Notes: a model not told the origin generated them from the letters alone. Counted from the first letter of the whole stretch, positions 19,225 to 29,922 are shown. The stretch is 62,608 bases of DNA, filler included, from 6 parts of 6 records of this genome joined end to end with filler, not necessarily neighbours in it, one strand, 5' to 3'. Numbers and translations: made by a program.

Positions 19225-20339
19225 ATGGGCGCGATTACCCTCATTACCGCTCTGGGTGCTGTTCAGGGAGCGTTGCTGCTTCTCTTTATCATTTTCCGTG
19301 AACGCCATCCGCAGTCCACCCCGAACGCCCTCCTGCTTCTGGTTTTTTCCCTGCGTCTGGCGACAATACCTACCTGGAAAGCTTCTGTCCTGCTGGCTCA
19401 GCCCTGGATATTTCCCTTAACGGCTCCGCTGCCTTTCCTTTTCGGCTTCCTGCTCTGGTGGTACATCCGGGGACTTGTGTACGGCAATTCCGGGAAACCC
19501 CGCCTTCTGCTTCTTCATTTCCTGCCCTGGCTCGCGGAAACCTGTGCAGTGGCCGCTACCATCCTGATAGCCGACCCTGAAGAGTACAGAATTCTCATCG
19601 AGTCGATTTTCGCCGGGGATCCTCCACTGTGGCTGCCGATCCGCAATGCCGCCAAGGTGGTGACCAATGCCATTTACGTTGTACTGGCCGGACGTATCGC
19701 CTTCGGAAAATCTTCTGCCGGGCTTTCAACCGGTCGCCGAATCCGGGCCCGATCCCTCATACTGGTGCCGGCACTTGTCCTGGCCTTTTTCGCCTACGTG
19801 GCGATTTTCCCGGGAGCCACCGCCCGTCTTGCCGTTGGATCGGGTACACCATTCATCATTCTTGCAACAACTATGGCAATCCTCATCTACTCAATTTCCT
19901 TTCTGTTTCTGATAGCTCCCGAAGTATCAGGGAGACGGAAGTATCGGAGGAAAGGAAACCGCTCTGCCCGCCGGAGGAATGTGAACGGCTTGTCGGAAAA
20001 CTGGAGGAGCGCTTCGCCGAAGGTGCTTTTCTGGACCCGGGGCTGACCCTCAGAGATCTGGCTACGCAGTTGAAGGTAAATCCCAACCGGCTTTCCTTTG
20101 CAGTCAACCAGGTGGAAGGCATTCCGTTCAGGACCCTGTTGAACCGTTACCGCCTGGAGTATCTGATAGAACACCTGGACAGCAACGTGCGTAACGGCCG
20201 TTCCATCCTGGATCTGGCCTTTGATGCCGGCTTCCCATCGAAAAGCACATTCAACCGAGTCTTTAAAGAAGCCTGTCAAGTCTCTCCCACCGAATATCTG
20301 GCGGGCAGAACTGAAGAACTCACCGATTCCGAACACTGA
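19225..20339 (+). CDS. Membrane-anchored AraC-family regulator; frameshift near 19918-19935
   Basis: Multi-TM N-terminus in one frame; FLDPGLTLRDLA...LAFDAGFPSKSTFNRVFK HTH in the next frame. Confidence 0.85.
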
Positions 20340-20528
20340 TGGTCCGGATGTCTCCTTCGGCATCAACTTTCCAGTCACTTGCCGTAACGGCGATTCGGTT
20401 TCCATCAGGCGCCGCGGGTCGGTTCCCAATCGGTCCATCGCAATAAATTCACAAAGAGAAAATGCCGAGAACCAGGAATATGACGTGAGTCGGTGTCAAT
20501 CTGGTATTATCACATCAAGGATTATGAA

Positions 20529-20928
20529 ATGAGAAATGTGTTCGTGAATACCATCGTGTTTGTCAGCGATATCGAAAAATCGAAACATTTCTATATCGAT
20601 CTTCTTGGAATGAAAACCACCCGGGATTTTGAATCAATAGTCTTTTTTGAGAATGGTCTTGTATTGCATGTCGCCGACAGTATCTTGAAAACGGTCTATA
20701 AGAAATCGGTAAGCTCTGCAGAGAGACGTCAGGGTAGAAACAATCTATTGATTTATTTCGAGTCGGATAGGCTGCAGAATTTCTATGATGAGATTAAGGA
20801 TGAAGTCGAAGTCTTGCATGAAATAGAAGAGCAATCATGGGGACAGAAAGTGTTCAGGTTTCTAGATCCCGACAGTCATATCATAGGAATTTGGAGAACC
20901 GTTTCACAGCTCTGGATTCGACAAGTAG
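20529..20928 (+). CDS. VOC/glyoxalase family protein; one extra base near 20886
   Basis: FVSDIEKSKHFY, EQSWGQKVFRFLDPD; removing one base restores HIIEFGEP and a TAG at 20926-20928. Confidence 0.85.
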
Positions 20929-20995
20929 ATTTTGTCGCTATTGGCGGCTAATGTAGAGTGTTACCCATGACCTGAAGTCGGATCCCGGGGGTATA

Positions 20996-21319
20996 ATGGC
21001 ATCAGATGAAAGCTTTGTTGAATACGTAAAAAATCAAATTCAAATCGCAGGAACAGTTACTTCCAAAAAGATGTTTGGTGAATATGCTATCTACGTGAAT
21101 GGAAAGGTTGTCGCTCTAGTCTGCGAAAATCAAGTCTATGTTAAGCAAACTGAAACAGGCAGACGTTTTATCGATGAAGTAGTAGAAGCACCCGCATATC
21201 CAGGCGCAAAGAATAGCTTCTTGTTGGGGGACGAAATCGATGATAGCGAATGGTTCAGTGAGTTGATACAGCGAACAGAAAGAGAATTGCCATTTCCCAA
21301 GAAGAAAAGGAAAAGATAG
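20996..21319 (+). CDS. TfoX/Sxy N-terminal domain protein
   Basis: KKMFGEYAIY, ALVCENQVYVK, PAYPGAK, basic tail. Confidence 0.88.
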   Translation: MASDESFVEYVKNQIQIAGTVTSKKMFGEYAIYVNGKVVALVCENQVYVKQTETGRRFIDEVVEAPAYPGAKNSFLLGDEIDDSEWFSELIQRTERELPFPKKKRKR

Positions 21320-21372
21320 AAACAGGGTGCGACATATAACAGACACATTTTTTTATAGTCAATAACTTTTAG

Positions 21373-21546
21373 CCGGGGGCCATTATTGCTGAGGAGTCTG
21401 GGCATTCAGACGAATCGATCCGGTGAGATACTTGTTTCTTCGATGGCAATATCAAAAGTCTTGGTCACTTCATCGGCTGTCATCTGGTTGCACAATCTCC
21501 ATGTGATAATCTCACGCGAATAGTCATCCAGAATCGTCGATAGATA
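21373..21546 (-). mobile_element. IS3/IS481-type transposase (rve core) remnant
   Basis: Minus-strand translation YLSTILDDYSREIITWRLC...DRFV*MPRLLSNNGP, with an internal stop and the DNG aspartate changed to N. Confidence 0.8.
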
Positions 21547-21632
21547 GGTTTTCCTAATAGTAAAAGGTGGGTAATAGATCTGATGATCGATTTATAGGCC
21601 CGCAAGCAGTGGCATGCGGGTTGTCGTTGGGA

Positions 21633-22103
21633 TTAATTACCCCGACCTGGATACGGTAGGAAGGTCAGTCCGAAACCAATCAGAGCCGAGATATTGAGAT
21701 TGACTAATATCGCAACACGGTCTTCTCCCTCTAGGTCTGGATGCAATATCCCCCAAGCTGCAGTGGTTATGATAGAAGCCAGATATCCAGCTCGGGTTGT
21801 CCAAAGCAGCCTTCTGTGGAGGTCCGGATCGTGCACAAACAGATTGTTCGAAATCTGGAGAGCTGATGAAGATAGCAACAAGACATCTCCGATAACGAAG
21901 CAAAGTGCGAGCTCCGGATAGTTACCGTTACTCAGCCATATCGAGTCGTTAATCAACCTGTAAGTCGAGTAACCGAATACACCCAGGTCTGGTATAACCG
22001 CCCTTGCTGTTTCCCACGGCTGAGGCGGTAGGGCCTGAGAAAATAGAACACCTGTAAATCCGCACATGATCAAGATGGCGAAAATCGTAATTTTCCAGGT
22101 CAT
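21633..22103 (-). CDS. Hypothetical membrane protein
   Basis: 156 aa with signal peptide and several hydrophobic segments; GAGG RBS. Confidence 0.6.
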   Translation of the reverse strand: MTWKITIFAILIMCGFTGVLFSQALPPQPWETARAVIPDLGVFGYSTYRLINDSIWLSNGNYPELALCFVIGDVLLLSSSALQISNNLFVHDPDLHRRLLWTTRAGYLASIITTAAWGILHPDLEGEDRVAILVNLNISALIGFGLTFLPYPGRGN

Positions 22104-22426
22104 TTATTACCTCGGATTTGTCCACTTCCTGTGAATTTATCCCTGACTGGTGGCCACTTTATGGCAAGGATTCGCATTTTTAAGCAGTCGATTAATGATC
22201 AGCACCATACGGGACCGCACGTTTATCCCAATCGTATCATTCGTTTTTGTCCCAATGTAGTGCACGAAAAACAGAACTGCGAGATATAGTCAATCGGAGA
22301 ATCCATCTTCATGAAGTTCCATTTTCTCCCTGTGACGAAAAAACCAACCCTCTGATAATACATTGAGTGATAGGGTTTTATACTCGGAAGGACGCTGAAT
22401 GTTACGGGAACGCCCTCCCTGTGGAC

Positions 22427-22568
22427 TGACAATAAAGTATCATACTATTGCGACCTCTAGAGGCTTTGTACCGATGCTAGAACAGATGCAACTTTATGAA
22501 AGTATCATACTTTCACTCCTCACTGTCAGGACCAGCCTAATTTTATTGACAATAAAGTATCATACTAT
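22427..22568. repeat. Three copies of palindrome AGTAT-C-ATACT; the outer two lie in an exact 22-bp direct repeat
   Basis: TGACAATAAAGTATCATACTAT at 22427-22448 and 22547-22568; TGAAAGTAT-C-ATACTTTCA at 22497-22515. Confidence 0.9.
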
Positions 22569-22912
22569 CGAGATATATTGTTTCCCGGTAATGATTTAGG
22601 TTTATCGACATTACACTATTTAGCAGAAATACAACATGTCTCCAAAATATATCACTAATGTCTGTCGGAGAAACGAGATTTATTCACATGGAGCTACTCC
22701 AATAGTTTGAACACATTCTCTGCCACCTGCCCATTACCGGGTTTCAGTGCTATAAAGCAAAAGTTACTTGGGCTAAGAACTGGGACGGGCGTTTATGATA
22801 TCGTTAATGGAGAAATTACCAAGAGAGAGAGCAAAGGAATATCCTAAGCTTCACTAAGAGAAAAATTTTTGAACTGGAAACGCACCCCGCCCCGCCGTGG
22901 AATTCCTGACGA

Positions 22913-23737
22913 TTACTTCTGGATTGTAGACTTCTCACGGGTACCGGTGGGAGATTCTCCCCAGTACTTACGAAACTGACGGCTAAAATACAGTGCATCA
23001 GAATATCCGACGAGAGTAGCAATCTCATTGATCGATAATGTACTCTCGCGAATCAGGCGAAGGGCATTTCGCATACGGACACCAGCCAGGTAATTGTTGG
23101 GAGTCTGTCCTGTGAAGAGCTTGAAAGTCCGCTGTAGATGACCTTCGGAACAATAGACCTGATCCGCCATTTCCTTTATCGATATCGTCCTGTGATAGTT
23201 TTCATTCAGGTAGTCCAGCAGATTTTCCAGCGAATGCTCATGAAGCCGATCCTCATCGTTTTCACTTCTCTGAAATGCACCGAGAAACGCCAAAATCAAT
23301 CCATCCAGCTCCATACCGATCGGACCGTTCTGTTGTTGGGATCTTCTCCAGAGTTGTGTGAGAATATCTGTAACTGCATGGTCACGGACCTTGTGAAGAC
23401 GGAGCTCCAACGAGTCCAGAGCAACGCCTTGCAGACCAATCCAGATACAGTCAAGCACACGTTTGGACCGTTCCATATGCCGATATCCGGGAGGAATGAG
23501 GAAAACGGTGCCATCCGAAATTTCATAAACACTTTCACCTTCCATAATTCCCGAACCGACGACGGTGCACGAGACTTCCCAATGATCATGGACAGTCAGT
23601 TCACTTTCGTTGGCAACGACCCTATACCGTTCGATATAGTTGGGGGTAAGAAAATCGGACCTTAGACCTTTGCAATGGTCACTCCAGAGTTCGTCTGGAA
23701 GTATATGGACATACTCATTCGTGGAATCACCACTCAT
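22913..23737 (-). CDS. AraC-family transcriptional regulator
   Basis: Cupin HDHWE; C-terminal SINEIATLVGYSDALYFSRQFRKYWGESP. Confidence 0.93.
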   Translation of the reverse strand: MSGDSTNEYVHILPDELWSDHCKGLRSDFLTPNYIERYRVVANESELTVHDHWEVSCTVVGSGIMEGESVYEISDGTVFLIPPGYRHMERSKRVLDCIWIGLQGVALDSLELRLHKVRDHAVTDILTQLWRRSQQQNGPIGMELDGLILAFLGAFQRSENDEDRLHEHSLENLLDYLNENYHRTISIKEMADQVYCSEGHLQRTFKLFTGQTPNNYLAGVRMRNALRLIRESTLSINEIATLVGYSDALYFSRQFRKYWGESPTGTREKSTIQK

Positions 23738-23784
23738 GTATCAATCTCCGCAAAATCGTGTGGGGACCCGCCTGGATTTCGAGA

Positions 23785-24954
23785 CTAGAAATCCAGGGCA
23801 TCGCTCAACAACCGCCCAAGGTCAGTCGAAGGATCAACTTCCACAACTTCCCTAAGGAATCTTTCTGAATCATCGCATAGTTTCAGAACTTGTGCATCTT
23901 GGGGATCTGAACAGCCGTCAGGGCCGGGCGGCAGAAAGTGACAAGCTGCAGTAAAGACCTGTAGCACTTGAGTGACATCCAGACCGTGCTTGTGAACCAG
24001 AACAAGAGCGCCGACCACTCGATCCTGTCTGTGAAGCTTCCTTCTGAGGTCATGACCAACCCGATATATCGTATCGCCCAGAGACCGATTTCGAAAACGG
24101 GAAACCAGATCCTCGATATGCTCAAGAATATCATCGATCCGGAACACATTCGGGTATTCCCGTAAAAGTGCGGCACCTGCGGTTGTCATGGCAGCCACGA
24201 CAGTCGACTCGACTGCCGGATCATCCAGAATCTCCCAGAGATATTGAGCCTCTGGATGAGCTTGATAACCAAGGTATGCGGCGGCGGCATGACCGAAGTT
24301 ATGTATATAGAGTTTTCGATCCACCCAAGCTTCAATGGGCCGGACTGTTTTCAAATGACGAAGATTCGGGTCCCGTCCTCGGAAACCATCGGCATCGGCG
24401 ATCAGTGTGTTGTAACTTTCGCCCCAGACCAACAGAGGATCTGATTCTGCCACTTCCCGGGGCATAAGAGGAACCATTTTGCCGATACTGGTTTCAACAA
24501 TGCCGATATCGGGAAGTCTGGAACCTTTCTCTGACTCTTCCTCGAAAATTTTTTCTGCCAGACTTTTGGCATTCTTCAGATTCTCAGCTAGAATGATCGT
24601 CAATAGTTCTGAACGGGTGCCGATGGCGGATGCTACACTTTTGAGTACTCCCGGAAGAACAGCTGCGCCAACACATGTAACGCAGTAATCAGCGTTGAGG
24701 AGTTCCCGTTCCAATGCCATACGGTCCCGGGAGTCTATACCCCTGACCGGCTGGACCGAATGTTCGATGTCTCCGAAATCACTCTTGTTGACGACTACAT
24801 AACTGGAACGATTTTTCAAAGCGCTTAGAATCGGTTCAGATATATCGGCAAAAACAACTTCATACCCGCCTTCAGAGAAAACCGGGGCTATAAAGGAACG
24901 CCCGATATTGCCGGCCCCGAATATTAGTACCTTCCCCGCTGCTTGTCGAGTCAT
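23785..24954 (-). CDS. mtlD: Mannitol-1-phosphate 5-dehydrogenase family
   Basis: FGAGNIGRSFI, RKLYIHNFGHAAAAY, RFRNRSLGDTIYRVG. Confidence 0.85.
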   Translation of the reverse strand: MTRQAAGKVLIFGAGNIGRSFIAPVFSEGGYEVVFADISEPILSALKNRSSYVVVNKSDFGDIEHSVQPVRGIDSRDRMALERELLNADYCVTCVGAAVLPGVLKSVASAIGTRSELLTIILAENLKNAKSLAEKIFEEESEKGSRLPDIGIVETSIGKMVPLMPREVAESDPLLVWGESYNTLIADADGFRGRDPNLRHLKTVRPIEAWVDRKLYIHNFGHAAAAYLGYQAHPEAQYLWEILDDPAVESTVVAAMTTAGAALLREYPNVFRIDDILEHIEDLVSRFRNRSLGDTIYRVGHDLRRKLHRQDRVVGALVLVHKHGLDVTQVLQVFTAACHFLPPGPDGCSDPQDAQVLKLCDDSERFLREVVEVDPSTDLGRLLSDALDF

Positions 24955-25637
24955 TTGACAGTATTTTGAAGCTTTGGATAATCACTCACAAGATAACGCC
25001 AGGGCGCTTCATCTTCCTCTATCTCCGGGAACCGCCCTATGTCCTCATAGAACCTGTTGTCGGAGTTATCGTCATTCACTTTACTGACTTCTCCGGCCAG
25101 TACCCGTCCATGATCTTTCTCACCATAGAATCGATGGTACATGCCGGGGAGCAACGTTATGCTCTCGCCTGGAGAGAGACTGAATGGCGTTCCGGCTTCG
25201 ACAGTTCTGGGTAGGCCATCACACATAACAGACACCGGTGTTTCGAGACGGTCCTCATCCGGACCTGAGTTCCATAACTCAAGTACCAGATTGCCGCCGC
25301 CTCTGTTTATAATGTCTTCTGCCTTGTCCCAGTGGAAATGGATGGGAGTTTCCTGGCCTTCATCGACAATCATGATTTTTTCTGCATACGTCTTGGCAGG
25401 CTCGTTGGAGTTTCCGTTTCGGATAGTGAACAGCATCAACCCTCTAGACGCGTAATCATCAGAACCGAAATCGGTCAGGTCCCAGCCTAGTCCACCCGAA
25501 AACAGAGTGGTCAGCGGCATTTCTGAGCCTTTCCAGTCTTCTGGCGACCAGTCAGCCCAGGGCGGCAGAGCAAAGTTCATCTGTTCAAAGAATGCCCGAG
25601 CTTCTTTGAGAAGCATGTTTATCTCACTACGTTTCAT
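24951..25637 (-). CDS. D-lyxose/D-mannose ketol-isomerase (cupin)
   Basis: MKRSEIN, LGWDLTDFG, YAEKIM, PIHFHWDKAEDIINRGGG, GEVSKVNDDNSDNRF. Confidence 0.9.
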   Translation of the reverse strand: MKRSEINMLLKEARAFFEQMNFALPPWADWSPEDWKGSEMPLTTLFSGGLGWDLTDFGSDDYASRGLMLFTIRNGNSNEPAKTYAEKIMIVDEGQETPIHFHWDKAEDIINRGGGNLVLELWNSGPDEDRLETPVSVMCDGLPRTVEAGTPFSLSPGESITLLPGMYHRFYGEKDHGRVLAGEVSKVNDDNSDNRFYEDIGRFPEIEEDEAPWRYLVSDYPKLQNTVK

Positions 25638-25653
25638 CTGTATTCCTTTTTTG

Positions 25654-26709
25654 TCAGACAGCCCAGTTAGGGCTTATCGCTTTGCCTGTTTCAGCTGAGA
25701 CAGTGATGCTGTCGATCAAGAGATCCACGTCATATCCGGTTTCCGGTCCCTGATCGCCTTGTTTTCCCTGGGAAATCCAGGAATGGAACTGTTGAATAGC
25801 CAGGTTGAACGGCGAGTCTTTGGAGAAGCTGATAGATGTTTCTGATGCTGCACTCTCGTCATAGTGCACAAGAATTGAAGACTTTCCGTCGACGTTGTCC
25901 CATTCAGAACTGAGAAGTTTCAGACTTCCTCGAGAACCTTGAATCAAGAAGCCTTCGTCCCAACCATCTTTCAGGAATCCGGATGTTGAATATGGATGGG
26001 CCAACGCCTCGAAATGTACTGAGAAGTCGCGGAACTGAAACAACGCGGAAGCCTGCAGATCAAGATCCAAATAGTGAGGTTGATGGACTGAAGCAAATAC
26101 TTTTTCAGGACGTCCGAAGAAGCAACCCACCAGATCCAGGATATGACTTCCTCCACAGACCAGAATACCCCCGCCATAGGCGCGACGAACTGGACTGATA
26201 CCATCAGCTCCAATAGCAAAGAATTCATCAGAGGCTTCACCTTCCCAGTGATTTCCCCAAGGTTGGCGGGTGAAGAAATCAGCCTTCATTACGGTTCCGA
26301 TGTCAGGCAGAAGTTCCAGAGCTTTGGACACTGCCGGGATAAACCGTTTCATATAGGACGTATAGAGGGGTACTCCGTATCCCCGGGCAGCCCGGACAAT
26401 CTCAGCCGAATCAGTTGGATTCTCAGAAAGGGTCTTCTCGCAAATTACTGCCTTTCCATTTTCTAAGGCATCCAGGCATATCTTTTTGTGCAGTTTTGAG
26501 AACAGAGTGACGTGTACAGCCTGAATCTCCGGATGACGGGTTACCTCTTTCCAGTTTCCGGTCGTGGCACAATCGAAACGACGAGCAGGAGCACTCATGG
26601 CGTCGTCATCGATATCGCAGACCATCAGGACTTTGCTGCCGGCTGATTCTATTCCATCAAAATGAAATCTGCTGATATTTCCGCAACCAATTACACCTGT
26701 ATTTATCAT
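25654..26709 (-). CDS. Gfo/Idh/MocA oxidoreductase
   Basis: GVIGCGNI, VICEKTL, GGGIL...SHILD. Confidence 0.88.
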   Translation of the reverse strand: MINTGVIGCGNISRFHFDGIESAGSKVLMVCDIDDDAMSAPARRFDCATTGNWKEVTRHPEIQAVHVTLFSKLHKKICLDALENGKAVICEKTLSENPTDSAEIVRAARGYGVPLYTSYMKRFIPAVSKALELLPDIGTVMKADFFTRQPWGNHWEGEASDEFFAIGADGISPVRRAYGGGILVCGGSHILDLVGCFFGRPEKVFASVHQPHYLDLDLQASALFQFRDFSVHFEALAHPYSTSGFLKDGWDEGFLIQGSRGSLKLLSSEWDNVDGKSSILVHYDESAASETSISFSKDSPFNLAIQQFHSWISQGKQGDQGPETGYDVDLLIDSITVSAETGKAISPNWAV

Positions 26710-27713
26710 AGATTTCGCCCCTCTGGTACGATTACGACTTTTAAGGCTTCCATATCATCCCGAGCCGTTACCAGAGCATCCTGAATGCTATCAAGAGAAT
26801 ACTGATGACTGATGAATTTCTCTCCCGGGATGATGCCCCGAGAGAGGTATTTCATTGCCATTGGGCCGTAGAGAGCCGGTGAGGCGAAAGAGGCCCGAAG
26901 CTGCAGTTTCTTGAAATGGAAATCGTTGGCATCAAAACGGCAGAACGCGGCATCTCCATGCCCGATACCGATAAATGAAACAATCGCCCCCTTACAGGCA
27001 ACCTGGAACGCAGCACTCAATGTGGGCGGCGGAGCCGTAACGAGAACCCGATCGATGTCTCCATCGAAATCGTATTTGCTGAGACTCTCTTTCTCAGCGT
27101 CCACGAAACCATCGATACCGAAAGACGTCGCCAGATCATACCGCGCTGTCCTGGAACGAAAATCAGACACATAAACAGCATCGGGGTTTCTGTCCTTAAC
27201 CAGCTTTGTGGCCATAAGACCGATAGGCCCCTGACCGATGATAAGAACCCGGTTCTCGGTCCCTATGTCGGCCAGACGGACCAGATCAATGGCAACCCCC
27301 AGGGGTTCCTGAAGTGATGCCACCTCCGGACTGATTCCAGAATAGGGAATTGCACTGACAGCCGGAGCTATCATCTGTTCTGAGAACCCGAACTCATCCA
27401 GGTAGAAAAAACTTTGAATATCTTCGCAGAGCTCCTGCTGTGTATTCCGGCAAGGTCCGCATCTGCCACAAGGAGTAGCGGAATCCAGAACAACCTTCTG
27501 ACCGACTTTCAGATAATCTACACCGGGACCCAATTCGGTGATGACTCCGGCGATTTCATGGCCGAAAGGCTCGTAGTCAGACTCTTCGCCGTGTATATCG
27601 GTTCCACAAATTCCACAAGCCTCAATATCCAGCCGGATCTCTCCGGCATTGAGAATACGAGTTGTTTTTTCACGGACCTCGACAGAACTGCCCTTCTTGT
27701 ATGCTGCCTTCAT
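26706..27713 (-). CDS. Zinc-dependent (sugar) alcohol dehydrogenase
   Basis: CGICGTD, GHE, CGRCGPC..C structural zinc site, GQGPIG. Confidence 0.9.
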   Translation of the reverse strand: MKAAYKKGSSVEVREKTTRILNAGEIRLDIEACGICGTDIHGEESDYEPFGHEIAGVITELGPGVDYLKVGQKVVLDSATPCGRCGPCRNTQQELCEDIQSFFYLDEFGFSEQMIAPAVSAIPYSGISPEVASLQEPLGVAIDLVRLADIGTENRVLIIGQGPIGLMATKLVKDRNPDAVYVSDFRSRTARYDLATSFGIDGFVDAEKESLSKYDFDGDIDRVLVTAPPPTLSAAFQVACKGAIVSFIGIGHGDAAFCRFDANDFHFKKLQLRASFASPALYGPMAMKYLSRGIIPGEKFISHQYSLDSIQDALVTARDDMEALKVVIVPEGRNL

Positions 27714-27717
27714 TGCG

Positions 27718-29922
27718 CTACCTCTTGATGTCTTTGATCTGAAACTCAAATGTCTGGATTCTGTGATGGTCCACCCCGATGCTTACTGCATCCGGACTAT
27801 CGAGATCCACCTCGTCACCTGCTTCCTCGTTCAACGAAACCTTCCGGAAGAACTCAAGATTATTGCCAAATCGGAATGTGGTTTTCTGGCTCTCATTCGT
27901 AGGATTGAAGACCCGAAGAATGTATGAATCCCGTTCTTCAGTTTTCTTGAGCGCGGAATAAACAACATTGGGGTTTTCCCATCCCACAAGGCTGGAACAG
28001 ACCGGTTGTGTCCCTTTACCTACCGGAGAGAACTGAACTGCCTGCAATGGATTCCTTAGAACTTCGGCTTTCCGGAACAACGCAGCATCCTTCCAGTTTC
28101 CTGAATGAGGATGGAGATTGTATTCATAGGTCTGTAGTCCGGGACTCTGTCCACCATTCTGTTCGGGATATGAGCTGCCGACTCTATACTCTGTACATAT
28201 GGTGTTCCTTACAGCCCGAAACAAGGTCAGGGCAACGGTTCCACGATGATTCGCCAGAACTTCATACTCACTCAGGCAGTTGTGGATTATCGCGAAACCA
28301 CTGTCTTTATGACTGACGTCAACAAACTCCTGCATCGGCAAAGTCTGCATTTCCGGTTCAACAGGAGTTTCGCTTGCCGAATCTGCGGTACGGAAGGCAA
28401 CAGGTCGTCGATCAACTGTAAAATGTCCTGCTGCGTCTGAGAACTCAGCGAGAATCCCCGTATCAAACAGAACCCGGAGCCGGTGATCTTCGGCAGTATT
28501 CTCGACGGTCGTTGAGACTCTTAAGAAATCTTCATCACGCCGTAATGTGTAGCGACAGACTATCGTGACGTCCTTATGTTCTTTGACTCTTCGACTGTAG
28601 CCGGAGATACCTCGATCCGGCTTGTCTGCCCGGGCTGGGACTATGATTGTCGTACGAGCAACAATGGTAGCCGAGAGACTGCTGTTATCCTCCACCTGGA
28701 TTTCCGCAGCAGAGCCGAGACTGTTGATGATCTCATTGCTGTATGGGGGGTAATGGACCCAGTAGTCACCCACATCGCCGGAGTCTTCAAAGTAGTTGAG
28801 ACTATCGAAAACCTGCCCGCTGGTTTTGTCAGTCATCTTCACGGAACCGTTACCATTGACTTCAACAAGAAGCCTTGAGTTTTCCAGTGTTCGTGGGTCT
28901 GCGGCTATCGAGGGGGACTCGACGTGTCTCATACTCGCCCAGAATTCCTGTTCCCGGTCAAATCGCTCAGTAGGCAGAACCTGGTACACATCGTATCCGA
29001 CACCCGGCACTTGATTGGTAGCCAGAGTCACTTGATACCGATCGACTTTAAAAGGCCAGGGGCGGCAATTGAAATCATGAACAGCCACAGTCATCTCACG
29101 TCGGGAGCGGATAGCTTTGTCCAGGCGGGTACCATTGGAGTCCAGGATATCAAAATCCCAGGCCGCCCACTCTCGGGGCAGATCCAGGGTTATCTCCAGA
29201 ATATCGGAATGAGAATTCGGAGATGTATTGAATACAGCCAGAAGTAAGGCATCGGAGGGGAATCCGGAGGTGTCCAGACAGGAGAGAATCTGCCGGTAGC
29301 CGTCATCAGTTACCGCCCGGTTGATCTCATCCGCCTGGTTGAGGCGGTAACGTGTATCTTCAGCAGTCTTGTCCTGGGTCACTCCGTTTATGGAATCGTG
29401 GGCATGACTCTGAAGCAGGAACTCCTTAGATTTTTCGAGCATCGAACGATGATAGGAACCTCCCAAGACTTCGGCCACAACGGCGATGACTTCAGCACGG
29501 CCGAACAAAGCCTGCTGAACTCTCTTGTTCAAAGTCTTCAAGTACGAACGGGTAGCCAGAGCATTCCCGGAAACTGAACTGGCTGGACCGTCTCGCAACT
29601 CCCCTTTCACTACGGCGAGTTCATCGGGTTTGATGTGTTCTTTCAGGATCTGGGCATACTCTTCCAGGCTGCTGATTCTGAATTGCCTTTCCGGTTCCAG
29701 CTCATTAGCTAATCGGAGCATTTCCGAAAGCTTAGGTTGTGGTGTGGAAAAGTCGGACCCGTTCATCATGAGCCTGTGGTCTGAGACCGTGGTCTCATCC
29801 ATAGCCGCCCATGCAGTATCCATGCCTTCTTGAATCCATTCCGGATGAATGAATCCTTTGTCGGACATGGAGAAATGGTCAGAGTCCGACAGTTTATTGT
29901 CCGCGCTGTGGTACGATGCACC
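27718..29922 (-). CDS. GH38 alpha-mannosidase (MngB-like), 5'-truncated
   Basis: LMMNGSDF, GELR, LLQSHAHDSING, N.AEDHRLRVLF, ALTLFRAV, ALKKTEE..YILRVFNP. Confidence 0.88.
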   Translation of the reverse strand, partial: GASYHSADNKLSDSDHFSMSDKGFIHPEWIQEGMDTAWAAMDETTVSDHRLMMNGSDFSTPQPKLSEMLRLANELEPERQFRISSLEEYAQILKEHIKPDELAVVKGELRDGPASSVSGNALATRSYLKTLNKRVQQALFGRAEVIAVVAEVLGGSYHRSMLEKSKEFLLQSHAHDSINGVTQDKTAEDTRYRLNQADEINRAVTDDGYRQILSCLDTSGFPSDALLLAVFNTSPNSHSDILEITLDLPREWAAWDFDILDSNGTRLDKAIRSRREMTVAVHDFNCRPWPFKVDRYQVTLATNQVPGVGYDVYQVLPTERFDREQEFWASMRHVESPSIAADPRTLENSRLLVEVNGNGSVKMTDKTSGQVFDSLNYFEDSGDVGDYWVHYPPYSNEIINSLGSAAEIQVEDNSSLSATIVARTTIIVPARADKPDRGISGYSRRVKEHKDVTIVCRYTLRRDEDFLRVSTTVENTAEDHRLRVLFDTGILAEFSDAAGHFTVDRRPVAFRTADSASETPVEPEMQTLPMQEFVDVSHKDSGFAIIHNCLSEYEVLANHRGTVALTLFRAVRNTICTEYRVGSSYPEQNGGQSPGLQTYEYNLHPHSGNWKDAALFRKAEVLRNPLQAVQFSPVGKGTQPVCSSLVGWENPNVVYSALKKTEERDSYILRVFNPTNESQKTTFRFGNNLEFFRKVSLNEEAGDEVDLDSPDAVSIGVDHHRIQTFEFQIKDIKR

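Noticed and set aside
22145-22176. Possible IS terminal inverted repeat (TGACTGGTGGCCACTTTATGGCAAGGATTCGCA)
   Set aside because: No partner repeat or target-site duplication could be identified by eye
22427-22568. Mini-CRISPR array
   Set aside because: Only two exact 22-bp copies, the middle copy shares just a 13-bp core, spacing is unequal (65 and 55 bp), and no cas genes are nearby
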